Shown here one piece after another: positions 46,706-56,358 of a stretch of 64,000 nt of DNA. Under the pieces are notes generated by a model. It was not told the DNA's origin and made no database searches. It saw nothing but the letters and a program-made list of their open reading frames with translations. The stretch is from Patescibacteria group bacterium (GTDB taxonomy: Bacteria > Patescibacteriota > Minisyncoccia > Phycocordibacterales > Phycocordibacteraceae), in NCBI GenBank assembly GCA_040388985.1, contig JAZKAU010000002.1, positions 52,570 through 116,569 on the forward strand, written 5' to 3'. The translations under genes and the position numbers were made by a program. Every line of letters begins with the position of its first letter. The stretch's first letter is position 1.

Positions 46706-47698
46706 ATGTCAAGTACCCCACTCCCTACTGACTCTGTGGTGAAGATACGCGACCAGGCGCTTGATAGCGCGCTACGCCCCTCGGTATGGGATGACTACGT
46801 GGGGCAAGGGCATGTTAAGGCCAATGTCCAGGTCATTTTAGAGGCCGCGAAGAAGCGCGGCGACATGCCTGAGCACGTACTTTTCTACGGACCGCCCGGC
46901 GTAGGCAAGACGACGCTCGCCCACCTCGTCGCCGCGACTCTCGAGGCGCCTTTGAAGACCACGTCCGGTGTCGCTATCGAGCGCGCTGGCGACCTCGCCG
47001 CCATCCTCACGAATCTCGAGCCCGGCACCGTGCTTTTCATCGACGAGATCCACCAGCTCTCGAATAAGATAGAGGAGCTTCTCTATCCGGCGCTCGAGAA
47101 CGGTTCGCTCGATATCATCCTCGGCAAGGGCCCGTCTGCGCGCACGGTCGAGCTCTCCCTTCCTCCGTTCACGCTCGTGGGTGCGACTACCCGCGTCGCG
47201 CAATTGTCGGGGCCTTTGCGCTCGCGCTTCGGCGGCGGCGTCTATCAGCTCGATTTCTATAGCGATGACGATGTGCGCTCTATCGTGAAGCGTTCCGCTG
47301 GTGTGCTCGGTATGCCTATTACGGATGAGGTCGTGAATAAGATAGCGCTACGCAGTCGCGCGACCCCGCGCGTGGCCAACGCACTCCTCAAGCGCGTTCG
47401 CGACTACGCGCAGGTGCACGAGAAAGACATCACGCCGGAAGTCTGCGATCTTGCCTGCAAACTGTTCGGTATCGACGAGCTCGGACTCACCAAGGACGAC
47501 GTCCGCTACCTCAAGACGCTACGCGATGGCTTCAAAGGCGGGCCCGCCGGCATCCGCGCGCTCGCGAGCTCGCTCCATGAGGATCCCGATACCCTTGAGA
47601 ACGTCTACGAGCCCTTCCTCCAGCGCCTCAATTTCATAGAACGCACCCCCCGCGGCCGCATCCTCACCGAAAAAGGTCGAGAGTATCTGGACTCCTGA
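46706..47698 (+). CDS. ruvB: Holliday junction DNA helicase RuvB
   Basis: FYGPPGVGKTTLAHLVA Walker A; LFIDEIH Walker B. 330 aa. Confidence 0.9.
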   Translation: MSSTPLPTDSVVKIRDQALDSALRPSVWDDYVGQGHVKANVQVILEAAKKRGDMPEHVLFYGPPGVGKTTLAHLVAATLEAPLKTTSGVAIERAGDLAAILTNLEPGTVLFIDEIHQLSNKIEELLYPALENGSLDIILGKGPSARTVELSLPPFTLVGATTRVAQLSGPLRSRFGGGVYQLDFYSDDDVRSIVKRSAGVLGMPITDEVVNKIALRSRATPRVANALLKRVRDYAQVHEKDITPEVCDLACKLFGIDELGLTKDDVRYLKTLRDGFKGGPAGIRALASSLHEDPDTLENVYEPFLQRLNFIERTPRGRILTEKGREYLDS

Positions 47699-47777
47699 CC
47701 GCCCTGATACGTGCTTCAACATATAAATGAAGGTCGCCGCGAGCATGCTCGCGGCGACTAAGTTCCTGACCCATACG

Positions 47778-49223
47778 TCAGCCGGGATCGGCCAGCGCAG
47801 CCATAACCGACGGGCTGTAGAAGAGTGCCAACACCTCATCCTCGAGCAACTGCCCGAGTAGGGATAGCCGCAGGACGACAGCCCCGTCGCGCTCGGTCTG
47901 GACGAGCACGCCGAGGTTCAGGAGTTGTCCGACCAGCCGGTAATAGTGCTCCGAGAGCGCAGGATACCGCTGCCGTGCCAGGCCGTCAGCCTCGGTCTCG
48001 ATCCGTCCGGTACGCAGTCCCGCGACATACGAAGTCGCGAGTTGCTCCGCAAGATCGATCTCGAGTGCCGTCCCAATGGGCACGCGCCCCTCTTCGATAC
48101 GCGCCACGTACTGGCCGCCCTTGTTCTCCGGTAGGTTCCGGAAGAACAAGCCGCAAGTCTCCCCGGTCACGCGGGAATAGGCCGACGCGCCGATTCCGAG
48201 AAGGTCGTTCGTTCCGGCTAGCCGGGTATTCTTGAACGGATCGACGTAACGCTCGTCCAAGACGAATCGGTTGCCATCCACCTGGCGATAGCCCATCTTG
48301 CGGAGTTGCTGCCAGATGAGCATGCGCCCAAGGAAGGTGTCCTGTTCACCCTCGAAGTCCCGCTGCGTCTTCGGATCGGCACGGCGCCTGCCCTGAGGGC
48401 GATCTGGGTCGAACCGGCCGTGATACCAGGTGATGTGCGGCGGCCGTATAGTTTCCAGTACTTGCAGATTATCCCAAACCTCGTCAGGCGTGCCGCTCGA
48501 AAGCGACTGTATGAGATCGACGTTCCAGTTATCGAACACCTCGCGCACGTACGCGCAGGCGCCAACAGCGATCTCGCGGCCGTATCCACGCCCTGCTTCT
48601 TGTAAGACCCGGTTATCGAAGGATTGGATGCCAAAACTGAAACGCGTGACACCCTCTCTTTTCAGTGCGCGGAGCTTCTGAGGTCCTTCTTCTGCGGTGA
48701 TGGTAAGCGGACTTCCCTCTACGCAGATCTCGGCATCTGGAAGCAGGTTGAACTTTTCCCGGATAAAGCGGACCAGGTTGACCAAATCCGCTTCTTCGAG
48801 CACCAGCGGCGTGCCGCCGCCGATGTAAAGCGACGAGATCGCCGTTCCCGTGCGACGCAGCTGCTCCGCCCAGAAATCCAGGTCCCATGTCAGGGCTTCC
48901 ATGTACCGGCCGACTTTCGCCTGCGTGCGGAGCCCTTTCCAAAGCATGACGTCGTAATGGCAGAATGGGCATTTGCTTTCGCACGGAACGATGTGGACGT
49001 ATAGGTTCGTCGTTCTGCCGTACTTTGGCACGTTTATTCCTTCGATGGACGTAACCGTCCGCAAGGCTTTCAGCGGCGGGTAGGTGACCACGGAATGACT
49101 CCCTCCCAAGGTTAGACGACTGATTTGTAGTCCGGCTCCGCGCAGCTTCGGCAGGATGCCGGGAATACCGAGACGTACCAAGGCTTTGTTCGCTCTTGCG
49201 AAAGCGATTGACTTATCACTCAT
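47778..49223 (-). CDS. radical SAM HemN/HemW-family protein (coproporphyrinogen-oxidase-like)
   Basis: VPCESKCPFCHYD (CxxxCxxC). YIGGGTPLVL is the HemN-family GGGTP motif. 481 aa. Confidence 0.7.
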   Translation of the reverse strand: MSDKSIAFARANKALVRLGIPGILPKLRGAGLQISRLTLGGSHSVVTYPPLKALRTVTSIEGINVPKYGRTTNLYVHIVPCESKCPFCHYDVMLWKGLRTQAKVGRYMEALTWDLDFWAEQLRRTGTAISSLYIGGGTPLVLEEADLVNLVRFIREKFNLLPDAEICVEGSPLTITAEEGPQKLRALKREGVTRFSFGIQSFDNRVLQEAGRGYGREIAVGACAYVREVFDNWNVDLIQSLSSGTPDEVWDNLQVLETIRPPHITWYHGRFDPDRPQGRRRADPKTQRDFEGEQDTFLGRMLIWQQLRKMGYRQVDGNRFVLDERYVDPFKNTRLAGTNDLLGIGASAYSRVTGETCGLFFRNLPENKGGQYVARIEEGRVPIGTALEIDLAEQLATSYVAGLRTGRIETEADGLARQRYPALSEHYYRLVGQLLNLGVLVQTERDGAVVLRLSLLGQLLEDEVLALFYSPSVMAALADPG

Positions 49224-49435
49224 GACTTCCTCCTGAGATGCGTATTGCGTTGTGAAATAACTTATTCGACAGAATATCCTAACTGATGTCTAATCTACGT
49301 TCGATATACTTATATGTCAAGTATATCTAACAGTGCTTGGATGTATAGATATACTAATATATGGCTATTTTTACGTATACAAGTAGTTGTTATATTTTAT
49401 TGACACAATTATGACCTTAGATATATACTTACTTT

Positions 49436-50221
49436 ATGGAAAAGACATCTCAAAAACTGAAGGAGTCGCTTACTTCTCTAGGACTATCTCAGAAGGAAGC
49501 GGCCATCTATATTGCTCTCTTGGAGCTTGGTAGATCGACCGTATCGCAAATCTCGCGGAAGGCGGCCGTGAACCGCGCGACCGGCTATGTCATCCTCGAT
49601 TCCCTTATCACTAAAGGGCTCGTCAGTATCTCCGGCAAGGAGCCGAAGCAGGAATATGTCGCAGAGTCTCCCGATAAGCTGCCTGAGTTTTTCAGGAACG
49701 AGCAGAAAGAAGCTCGAGAGAAGGAGGAGAAGGCACAGGAGCTCTCGCTTCAGCTGAAGTCGATACAGAAGGTCGGTGATCGGCCGCAAGTACGTTTTTA
49801 CGAGGGAGAGGAAGGGATAAAGGCCGTCTTCGAGGATTCCCTGACTGCGACGTCAGGAAAGATAATTGCTTTCACCTCTATAGAGGACCAGCATACGTCT
49901 ATTCCAAACTACTTCCCCGAATACTACCAGCGCCGCAAGAGGAAGAAGATATTCATGCGGTCGATATTTCCCGACACGCCCATGGGTATCGAGAGACAGG
50001 GAGCGAACGAGAGCGAGTATCGCGAGTCAGTCCTCGTTCCCAGAGAGATGTACGGCATCCACCCTGCTATAAACGTATACGACAACAAGCTTATGATCGC
50101 TTCCTTTCGCGAAAAGCTCGGTATCCTCGTGGAAAGCGCCGAGATCGCGGACGCGATGAAGAAGATATTCGAACTCGCGTGGATCGGCGCGCATTCCCTG
50201 GAAACACAAAAAGAAACATGA
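49436..50221 (+). CDS. TrmB-family HTH transcriptional regulator (paralog 9)
   Basis: LGLSQKEAAIYIALLELGRSTVSQISRKAAVNRATGYVILDSLITKGLV. C-terminus MKKIFELAWIGA is closest to paralog 7. Confidence 0.7.
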   Translation: MEKTSQKLKESLTSLGLSQKEAAIYIALLELGRSTVSQISRKAAVNRATGYVILDSLITKGLVSISGKEPKQEYVAESPDKLPEFFRNEQKEAREKEEKAQELSLQLKSIQKVGDRPQVRFYEGEEGIKAVFEDSLTATSGKIIAFTSIEDQHTSIPNYFPEYYQRRKRKKIFMRSIFPDTPMGIERQGANESEYRESVLVPREMYGIHPAINVYDNKLMIASFREKLGILVESAEIADAMKKIFELAWIGAHSLETQKET

Positions 50222-50239
50222 TTTTGGTATACTGAGCGT

Positions 50240-50806
50240 ATGTCAGGACACAACAAGTGGTCGCAGATAAAGCAGCAGAAAGGCGCGACTGATGCAGCTA
50301 AGAGCCGTACGTTCTCGAAGTTCGCGCGGCTCCTCACTATCGAGTCTAAGAAGGCGGCCGGGAACGCTGCGTCTCCGGCACTCCTCGCCGTCGTCGCGCG
50401 CGCGAAAGCTGCGAATATGCCTAAGGAGAACATCGAGCGCGCTATCGCCAAGGGAAACTCTAAGGACGCGGGCGAGCTTGAGCATGTAAGCTATGAATTC
50501 TTCGGTCCTGGCGGCTCCGCGGTCATCGTCTCGGCGCTGACCGATAACCGCAACCGTACGACGCAGGAAATAAAGCATCTGCTTACTAAGAACGGATTCG
50601 AGCTTGGCGCGCCAGGGAGCGCAGCGTGGGCATTCACGAAAGCTGGTGACGGAACGTATACGCCGAACGCACCTCTCGTTACGGTAGAAGGGACCGACCA
50701 AGAAAAGCTCGAGATGCTCCTCAACCTCTTCGATGATCACGACGACGTGCAGGATGTCTTCAGTAATGCGATAGGCTATGAGTCCTCACGCGAAGATGCT
50801 GACTGA
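50240..50806 (+). CDS. YebC/PmpR-family probable transcriptional regulator (DUF28)
   Basis: MSGHNKWSQIKQQKGATDAAKSRTFSKFARLLTIESK is the canonical YebC N-terminus. Shorter than usual at 188 aa. Confidence 0.7.
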   Translation: MSGHNKWSQIKQQKGATDAAKSRTFSKFARLLTIESKKAAGNAASPALLAVVARAKAANMPKENIERAIAKGNSKDAGELEHVSYEFFGPGGSAVIVSALTDNRNRTTQEIKHLLTKNGFELGAPGSAAWAFTKAGDGTYTPNAPLVTVEGTDQEKLEMLLNLFDDHDDVQDVFSNAIGYESSREDAD

Positions 50807-51016
50807 TATATGCCCCGTATGACAACTTCGCATCGCTCCCCTGCTATGAATACTTTCAAGCAGCATTGCGCCCAGCGGATTTCGAAGGTAAGGTGCGCAA
50901 CATTATGTGCCGGCGCGAGCGAGTATTCGTACATGCCTACTTCGATATATATGAGTACTTTTACAAGCACGGCGTTTAGTCGAAACGCCGGTGATGCGAA
51001 GTTGTCATAACGGGGT

Positions 51017-51484
51017 ATGAGAGTGCTTGGCGTAGACCCGGGATTCGACAGGCTCGGGCTCGCGGTGCTCGAAGGTGACCCGAGCAGACCCAGCCTCGTG
51101 TGGAGCGACTGTGTGACGCCCGCTCAAGGACTACCTGAAGAGCGGCTAGCTGCGGTATATGCGGCTATAACCGAGGCGCTTACGCACCATACGCCGGACA
51201 CCATCGCGGTCGAGACGCTCTTCTTCAGCACGAATAAGAAGACGGCCTTGGCGGTGGCGCAGGCGCGCGGCGCCATACTTGCCGCCGCAGGCGCGCTCAG
51301 GGTGCGGGTCCAGGAGTACAGCCCTGCACAGGTGAAACTCGCGGTGACCGGCCACGGCGCGGCGGATAAGGTAGCTATCGCGCGCATGATTCCGCACCTG
51401 GTCGCGCTCTCCAGCCGCAAGCGGCTCGATGACGAGATGGATGCGATTGCGGTGGGTATTGCAGGCCTCGCTGACCGACGCTGA
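51017..51484 (+). CDS. ruvC: crossover junction endodeoxyribonuclease RuvC
   Basis: MRVLGVDPGFDRLGLAVLEG...; catalytic Asp context. 155 aa. Confidence 0.8.
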   Translation: MRVLGVDPGFDRLGLAVLEGDPSRPSLVWSDCVTPAQGLPEERLAAVYAAITEALTHHTPDTIAVETLFFSTNKKTALAVAQARGAILAAAGALRVRVQEYSPAQVKLAVTGHGAADKVAIARMIPHLVALSSRKRLDDEMDAIAVGIAGLADRR

Positions 51485-51624
51485 GATCGCTGGTTTCCTG
51501 ATCTGCTTTGAGCCGTCTAGGTGTCACCTAGACAGCTGCTATCCACACGAACGTTATCCACTACTTGCAAAGAAATACGATTCTGTTCAAATAGGAGGGC
51601 TACGCGGAATTCCGCGGCATAACG

Positions 51625-51800
51625 AGCTTCCTGAAATTCCCCGGTCTGCTGTGTTGTCGCTGCTTCGAAATTCTCACGTACGCCCCTAATTTCTTACGAG
51701 TAATCGAGTTAGAAATTAGGAAGTGCCCTTGGGGTGCGCCTTAGTACGCCTGGGAATTTCTCATTGCTCCGCCTTGCATCTCGGGTTTTTCAGAAACCTC
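51625..51800. mobile_element. MITE-like element copy B (plus orientation)
   Basis: 5' TIR GAGCTTCCTGAAATTCCCCGG; 3' end CTCGGGTTTTTCAGAAACCTC (rc GAGGTTTCTGAAAAACCCGAG; 15/21 identical to the 5' TIR). Internal segment is shared with inverted copy C. Confidence 0.55.
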
Positions 51801-51823
51801 TATAATAAGTAATTGCGACCATA

Positions 51824-51985
51824 ATGACTGACGACGACCTGCTCGACGAAGATGCGCTTGATGACAAGGGTCTTCCGCTCGACCTCTCAGACGAGGACGG
51901 AGAGTCCGGAATCCTCGACGACGAGGAAGAGGATCCGCTCGCTATCCCTGAAGGGATGCACGAGATCGAAGATGATGGATTCTAA
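51824..51985 (+). CDS. hypothetical 53-aa highly acidic protein
   Basis: Hand translation gives MTDDDLLDEDALDDKGLPLDLSDEDGESGILDDEEEDPLAIPEGMHEIEDDGF. TATAAT at 51801-51806. Hairpin GAACGCCCG-CCTCC-CGGGCGTTC downstream (52014-52038). Confidence 0.3.
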   Translation: MTDDDLLDEDALDDKGLPLDLSDEDGESGILDDEEEDPLAIPEGMHEIEDDGF

Positions 51986-52058
51986 GCCTCTATTTACTGA
52001 GCCTGTGTGAAAAGAACGCCCGCCTCCCGCGGGCGTTCGTGCTACCATTGCCTGTAGC

Positions 52059-54257
52059 ATGATCAGGAAGAAATCAGCTGCGCCAAAAACGAAAGAGTCA
52101 CGCCTCGGGAAGCTGCTTCATAGCCCTCACCCGGTCGTAAAGGCCGGATATGTCGTGATAGGACTTGGATTCTTGATACTCGGCATAAGCATCCTTTGGG
52201 TAGCGTTTACGCCGATTCCCGCCCTTAACACCTTTGACTCGCGGAAGGTTGCGCAGTCAACCAAGATCTATGACCGCACCGGGAAGACAGTGCTCTATGA
52301 CCTCAATCACAACGTGAAGCGTGACGTCGTGCCACTTTCGGAAATTCCGCTGAATCTGCAGCATGCGACCATCTCCATCGAGGACTCCGGTTTCTATCAG
52401 CACGGCGGCGTGAGCTTTACGGGCATCGCTCGCTCCTTCCTGACCGATATAGTGCGCATGTCGTTTGCGCAAGGCGGTTCGACCCTCACGCAGCAGGTGG
52501 TGAAGAATACTATCCTTACGGGCAATAAGAACATTATCCGTAAGGTACAGGAGTGGATACTGGCCATACGTCTCGAACAGAAATATACGAAGGACCAGAT
52601 CCTTGAGTTCTATTTCAACGTCACGCCATACGGCGGGACGCTCTACGGCGCGCAAGTAGCGAGCCGTTCCTTCTTCGCAAAGGACGTGAGCGAACTCGAC
52701 CTGGCTGAGTCCGCCTATCTCGCTGCCATACCGCAGCTTCCGACCTACTACTCTCCGTATGGGAACAATCGCGCTGCGCTCGACGTTCGCAAGAATATCG
52801 TGCTCGACCGCATGCTTACTCTCGGCTATATCACGCAGGCAGAGCATGATTCGGCGAAGAAAGAGCAGGTGGTCTTCAGTCGCCAGCAGGATAACTCCAT
52901 TCTCGCGCCGCACTTCGTCTTCTATATCGAGCAGCAGCTCGAGGCGAAATACGGCACGGACGTCGCGACCCAGGGACTTACCGTCATCACGACTATCGAC
53001 GCGGACCTTCAGAGCCAGGCTGACCGTCTCGTGAATCAGTACGCGCTCGCGAACGTGAAGAAGTTCAACGCGAGCAATGCCGCGCTCGTCGCCATCGATC
53101 CTAAGACCGGGCAGATACTCGCCATGGTAGGCTCGCGCGACTATTTCGATACGCAGATAGACGGCAACTACAATGCAGCTCTCGCGCTTCGCCAGCCGGG
53201 CTCGTCCTTCAAGCCCTTTGTGTACGCGACGGCGCTGCAGAAAGGCTATACGCCGGAGACCGCTATATTCGATCTTCCGACACAGTTCTCGACCACCTGC
53301 GCAGTTAGCGATAACTTCAACGATACGCCTCCTTGTTATGCGCCGGGAAACTACGACGGCCTGTTCCGGGGTCCCATGACGTTCACCACGGCACTCGCGC
53401 AGTCCATCAACATCCCGGCCGTGAAGACGCTGTATCTGGCTGGCATCCCTGACGTGCTGACGCTCGCCAAGAATATGGGCCTCACGTCGCTCGGCTCACC
53501 GAAGGATTACGGTCTCTCTCTTGCACTCGGGGCGGCGGAAGTCCGCCTCCTTGACCTCACGAGCGCGTACAGCGGATTTGCCAACGAAGGCATGCTGAAC
53601 GCACCGACCGGCATCCTGAAGATCACGGACTCGGACGGAAAGACTATAGATGAATACAAGGCAGCAGCGCGCCAGGCTATAGAGCCTGAGATAGCGCGCG
53701 AGATGTCCTCTATGCTCTCTAATAATGAGGCGCGCTCGCCTGAGTATCCTCCCGATAACCCGTTCCACTTCCCGGGCTACGATGTAGCCGCAAAGACCGG
53801 TACTACCAACGAGTCGCGCGACGCGTGGACCATCGGCTACACGCCGTCGATCGCTATCGGCGTATGGGCTGGCAACAACGACAACAGTCCGATGGTGAAG
53901 GAAATCGCTGGATACATCGTCGCTCCTATGTGGCATGACGTGATGCAATACGCCATCACTAAGTACCCCCAGGAGTTCTTTACGCCGCCCGAGCCTATTC
54001 CAGACTCCGTCCCAGGCGCACTGCGCGGCCTCTACAGCGACGGCACGTCCTATCACGACATCCTCTACTGGGTGAATAGGGATAATCCGCGCGTTCCCGG
54101 AAACTCCATGAACGACGGTCAGTTCCCCTACTGGGAATACCCTCTAAGCGGCGGCTGGGGGTCAGGTGCGGCTGCTCCACAGGCTACAACTACCACGACA
54201 GTTACCGGCGAGACTCCTGCTGCTGACCAGGGTCAGGACGCTGGCAATCCTCATTGA
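52059..54257 (+). CDS. class A penicillin-binding protein (transglycosylase + transpeptidase)
   Basis: GT51 motifs (EDSGFYQHGG, GGSTLTQQ). Transpeptidase SxxK (PGSSFKPF), SxN, KTG (AAKTGTT). 732 aa. Confidence 0.85.
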   Translation: MIRKKSAAPKTKESRLGKLLHSPHPVVKAGYVVIGLGFLILGISILWVAFTPIPALNTFDSRKVAQSTKIYDRTGKTVLYDLNHNVKRDVVPLSEIPLNLQHATISIEDSGFYQHGGVSFTGIARSFLTDIVRMSFAQGGSTLTQQVVKNTILTGNKNIIRKVQEWILAIRLEQKYTKDQILEFYFNVTPYGGTLYGAQVASRSFFAKDVSELDLAESAYLAAIPQLPTYYSPYGNNRAALDVRKNIVLDRMLTLGYITQAEHDSAKKEQVVFSRQQDNSILAPHFVFYIEQQLEAKYGTDVATQGLTVITTIDADLQSQADRLVNQYALANVKKFNASNAALVAIDPKTGQILAMVGSRDYFDTQIDGNYNAALALRQPGSSFKPFVYATALQKGYTPETAIFDLPTQFSTTCAVSDNFNDTPPCYAPGNYDGLFRGPMTFTTALAQSINIPAVKTLYLAGIPDVLTLAKNMGLTSLGSPKDYGLSLALGAAEVRLLDLTSAYSGFANEGMLNAPTGILKITDSDGKTIDEYKAAARQAIEPEIAREMSSMLSNNEARSPEYPPDNPFHFPGYDVAAKTGTTNESRDAWTIGYTPSIAIGVWAGNNDNSPMVKEIAGYIVAPMWHDVMQYAITKYPQEFFTPPEPIPDSVPGALRGLYSDGTSYHDILYWVNRDNPRVPGNSMNDGQFPYWEYPLSGGWGSGAAAPQATTTTTVTGETPAADQGQDAGNPH

Positions 54258-54425
54258 AAGAACGGTGAGGGTGTTTAGAGGCATCTGACCTTCAATATTC
54301 CTGGGGGGTTAGTACGAATGATTAACGAGAGATTGAAGACACGCTTGCGTCTGTTAGAATAGAAATATGCATATATTGATTGCGAACGCTCAGAACCGTC
54401 GTAGGAGCAACCTCTTTGAGGCCGC

Positions 54426-54674
54426 TTGTTCTTTAGGGGAAAGGGTCAAGGAATGTCTAAGGATCTGCTTATAACGCGTAGCGATTATTTGAAGCTTAAA
54501 GCACTAGCACCTGGCAGTAGCGTTGAGGTGTTCGTACTATCCAGCAACCGGTTCCCAGGCACGTACAATAGTACGTCCGGGTCACACGCGAAACCGATCG
54601 CCTGTCGTGCAGAGATTGTGCATGTGAAGAAGAGGCGGCAGCCTCGAGTGCGGGTAAGACTAACCAGAGAATAA
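54426..54674 (+). CDS. hypothetical small protein
   Basis: 82-aa ORF followed by a good intrinsic terminator GGCGGGGTC-TTCG-GACCCCGC-TTTCTTT (54697-54725). No homology recognised. Confidence 0.3.
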   Translation: MFFRGKGQGMSKDLLITRSDYLKLKALAPGSSVEVFVLSSNRFPGTYNSTSGSHAKPIACRAEIVHVKKRRQPRVRVRLTRE

Positions 54675-54759
54675 AAAGGTCTATGCAAGATATTTGGGGC
54701 GGGGTCTTCGGACCCCGCTTTCTTTACGATTACCAGAAACAAGTGCTGATCGAGATACA

Positions 54760-55014
54760 CTATTTGATCGTCTGTATAGAAATTCCTTTCTTTTCTAAAA
54801 GGGAGAGAATATCTTTTCTCTTCAGGTGGAGCGCTGATTTCACGACCGGGGGGGAGGAAACGATGAGTATGGAGTCTTTGAAGACGATCTGTTTCGGTTG
54901 AATAGGAATGCCGAGCTGTTCACTTAATACTTCGGCGATAGTGTGGCGATCATTCGATTCCTTGAGCCCGGGAATCGGGAGCCGCGCCAGGATATCGCTT
55001 AGCCGCTTCTCCAT
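54760..55014 (-). CDS. DUF721/DciA-like small protein downstream of dnaN
   Basis: 84 aa. Position immediately 3' of dnaN and pattern ...KDSILIVSSPPVVKSALHLKRKDILSLL are compatible with the dnaN-associated DUF721 family. Confidence 0.35.
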   Translation of the reverse strand: MEKRLSDILARLPIPGLKESNDRHTIAEVLSEQLGIPIQPKQIVFKDSILIVSSPPVVKSALHLKRKDILSLLEKKGISIQTIK

Positions 55015-55018
55015 ATCC

Positions 55019-56119
55019 CTACTGATTCATCGGCATCACGAGGTAGAGAAGCGTGTTATCCCCTACTCCACGAATGACAAGCGGGCGTCCTATACCTGCG
55101 GACGAGAGTGAGAGGCTTTCGGTCGTGATGAGTGGAAGAGGCGCCGAGAGATAGCGATGATTGAAGGAGAGTTCGACCGATTCGCCAGTAATTGATGCGG
55201 GGACGCTCTCGGAAGACTCTCCGATGTCGCTATTACGGGCTGAGAAGACAACTTTCTTATCCTCACTTGAGAATCCTATACGGACCTTCTGGAATGAGTC
55301 TGAGAAGACTGAGGTACGCTTAAGTGCAGTCTCGAAATCCTTCCTGAGTAATGTCGCTTCCGATACGAAAGACTTCGGGATGATCTGTGCGTAGTCGGGG
55401 TACGGGACAGTGACAAGACGGGTAGTGACGATGCCGTTATTCCACGAGAACGCGCACTGGTGCTCATCGATAAGGACTTCGACCATGTCGTCCGGTAAGG
55501 TCTGAACGATGTCGATGGCGTTCTTAGCAGGAATGAGTATTGAAAATGGAGATATTGCGCCTGCGACAGAGAGTTTCTTCTCTGCCAGACGGAAGGAATC
55601 AGTCGCAACCGCCTTCACTACACCTCCTTCAGCGGATAGGAGTACGCTGCCGAGTTCTGGGCGTACTGTTGAAGGGGAGGCACATGAGGCGACCGTGAGT
55701 ACGAGGGTGCGTAGTGCACTTCCTGCAAGCTGGAATTTCGTCGCAGAGGCCTCTGGAAACGGGAGTGTGGGGAAATCCTCGTATGAGAGGGTTTTAAGCT
55801 GGCTCTGCCCCGCAGGAGAGCGTATGACGACTGTCTCGCCTGCGTGCTCGAGTGTAATCGTACCTGTTCCCGAGAACGAGGAGGTGATCTCACGAAGCGT
55901 CGCTGCAGGTAATGCTACGACACCCGCATCTTGTATGGTTCCAGCAACTTTTAAATCGATCCCGGTCTCGAGATTAGTTGCTCGCAGCTTTATCCCATCG
56001 TCACCAGCGACGATGGCGATACCTGCAAGTACCGGAAGAGTCGCCGAACGCCGCTCCGCAAAGCGCGCAACTCTCGCAACAGCCTCAGAGAACTCTTTTT
56101 TTTCTAAAGTAATAACCAT
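55019..56119 (-). CDS. dnaN: DNA polymerase III beta subunit (sliding clamp)
   Basis: MVITLEKKEFSEAVARVARFAERRSATLPVLAGIAIVAGDDGIKLRATNLE... gives the three-domain clamp. Start trimmed to MVITLEK (ORF track extends to 56272). Confidence 0.8.
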   Translation of the reverse strand: MVITLEKKEFSEAVARVARFAERRSATLPVLAGIAIVAGDDGIKLRATNLETGIDLKVAGTIQDAGVVALPAATLREITSSFSGTGTITLEHAGETVVIRSPAGQSQLKTLSYEDFPTLPFPEASATKFQLAGSALRTLVLTVASCASPSTVRPELGSVLLSAEGGVVKAVATDSFRLAEKKLSVAGAISPFSILIPAKNAIDIVQTLPDDMVEVLIDEHQCAFSWNNGIVTTRLVTVPYPDYAQIIPKSFVSEATLLRKDFETALKRTSVFSDSFQKVRIGFSSEDKKVVFSARNSDIGESSESVPASITGESVELSFNHRYLSAPLPLITTESLSLSSAGIGRPLVIRGVGDNTLLYLVMPMNQ

Positions 56120-56358
56120 ACGCTTATTATTAGGGGTGTTGATACTGGGGAAAGAGCGATACGACCAGTATATACGCTCTGGAGTGCTTCGCCCACATCT
56201 CGCTATCCTGTGAGCCTGGACCTTGTATCTTGGGGACAAGTCATTCGTCTGATATCGGCTTATAATCCTCACCTCGTTTCCCCCGCACTCTCAGAATCTT
56301 TTCCCCACCCGTTTCCACCTCCACTGCCTCGCTATACACATTCTTTTCCCTCTTGCGC

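Noticed and set aside
56120-56272. Extended 417-aa dnaN ORF starting at 56272
   Set aside because: The first 51 codons (MRIISRYQTNDLSPRYKVQAHRIARCGRST...) are not DnaN-like. The conserved clamp N-terminus begins at MVITLEKKEF (ATG rc at 56119), so the start was trimmed.
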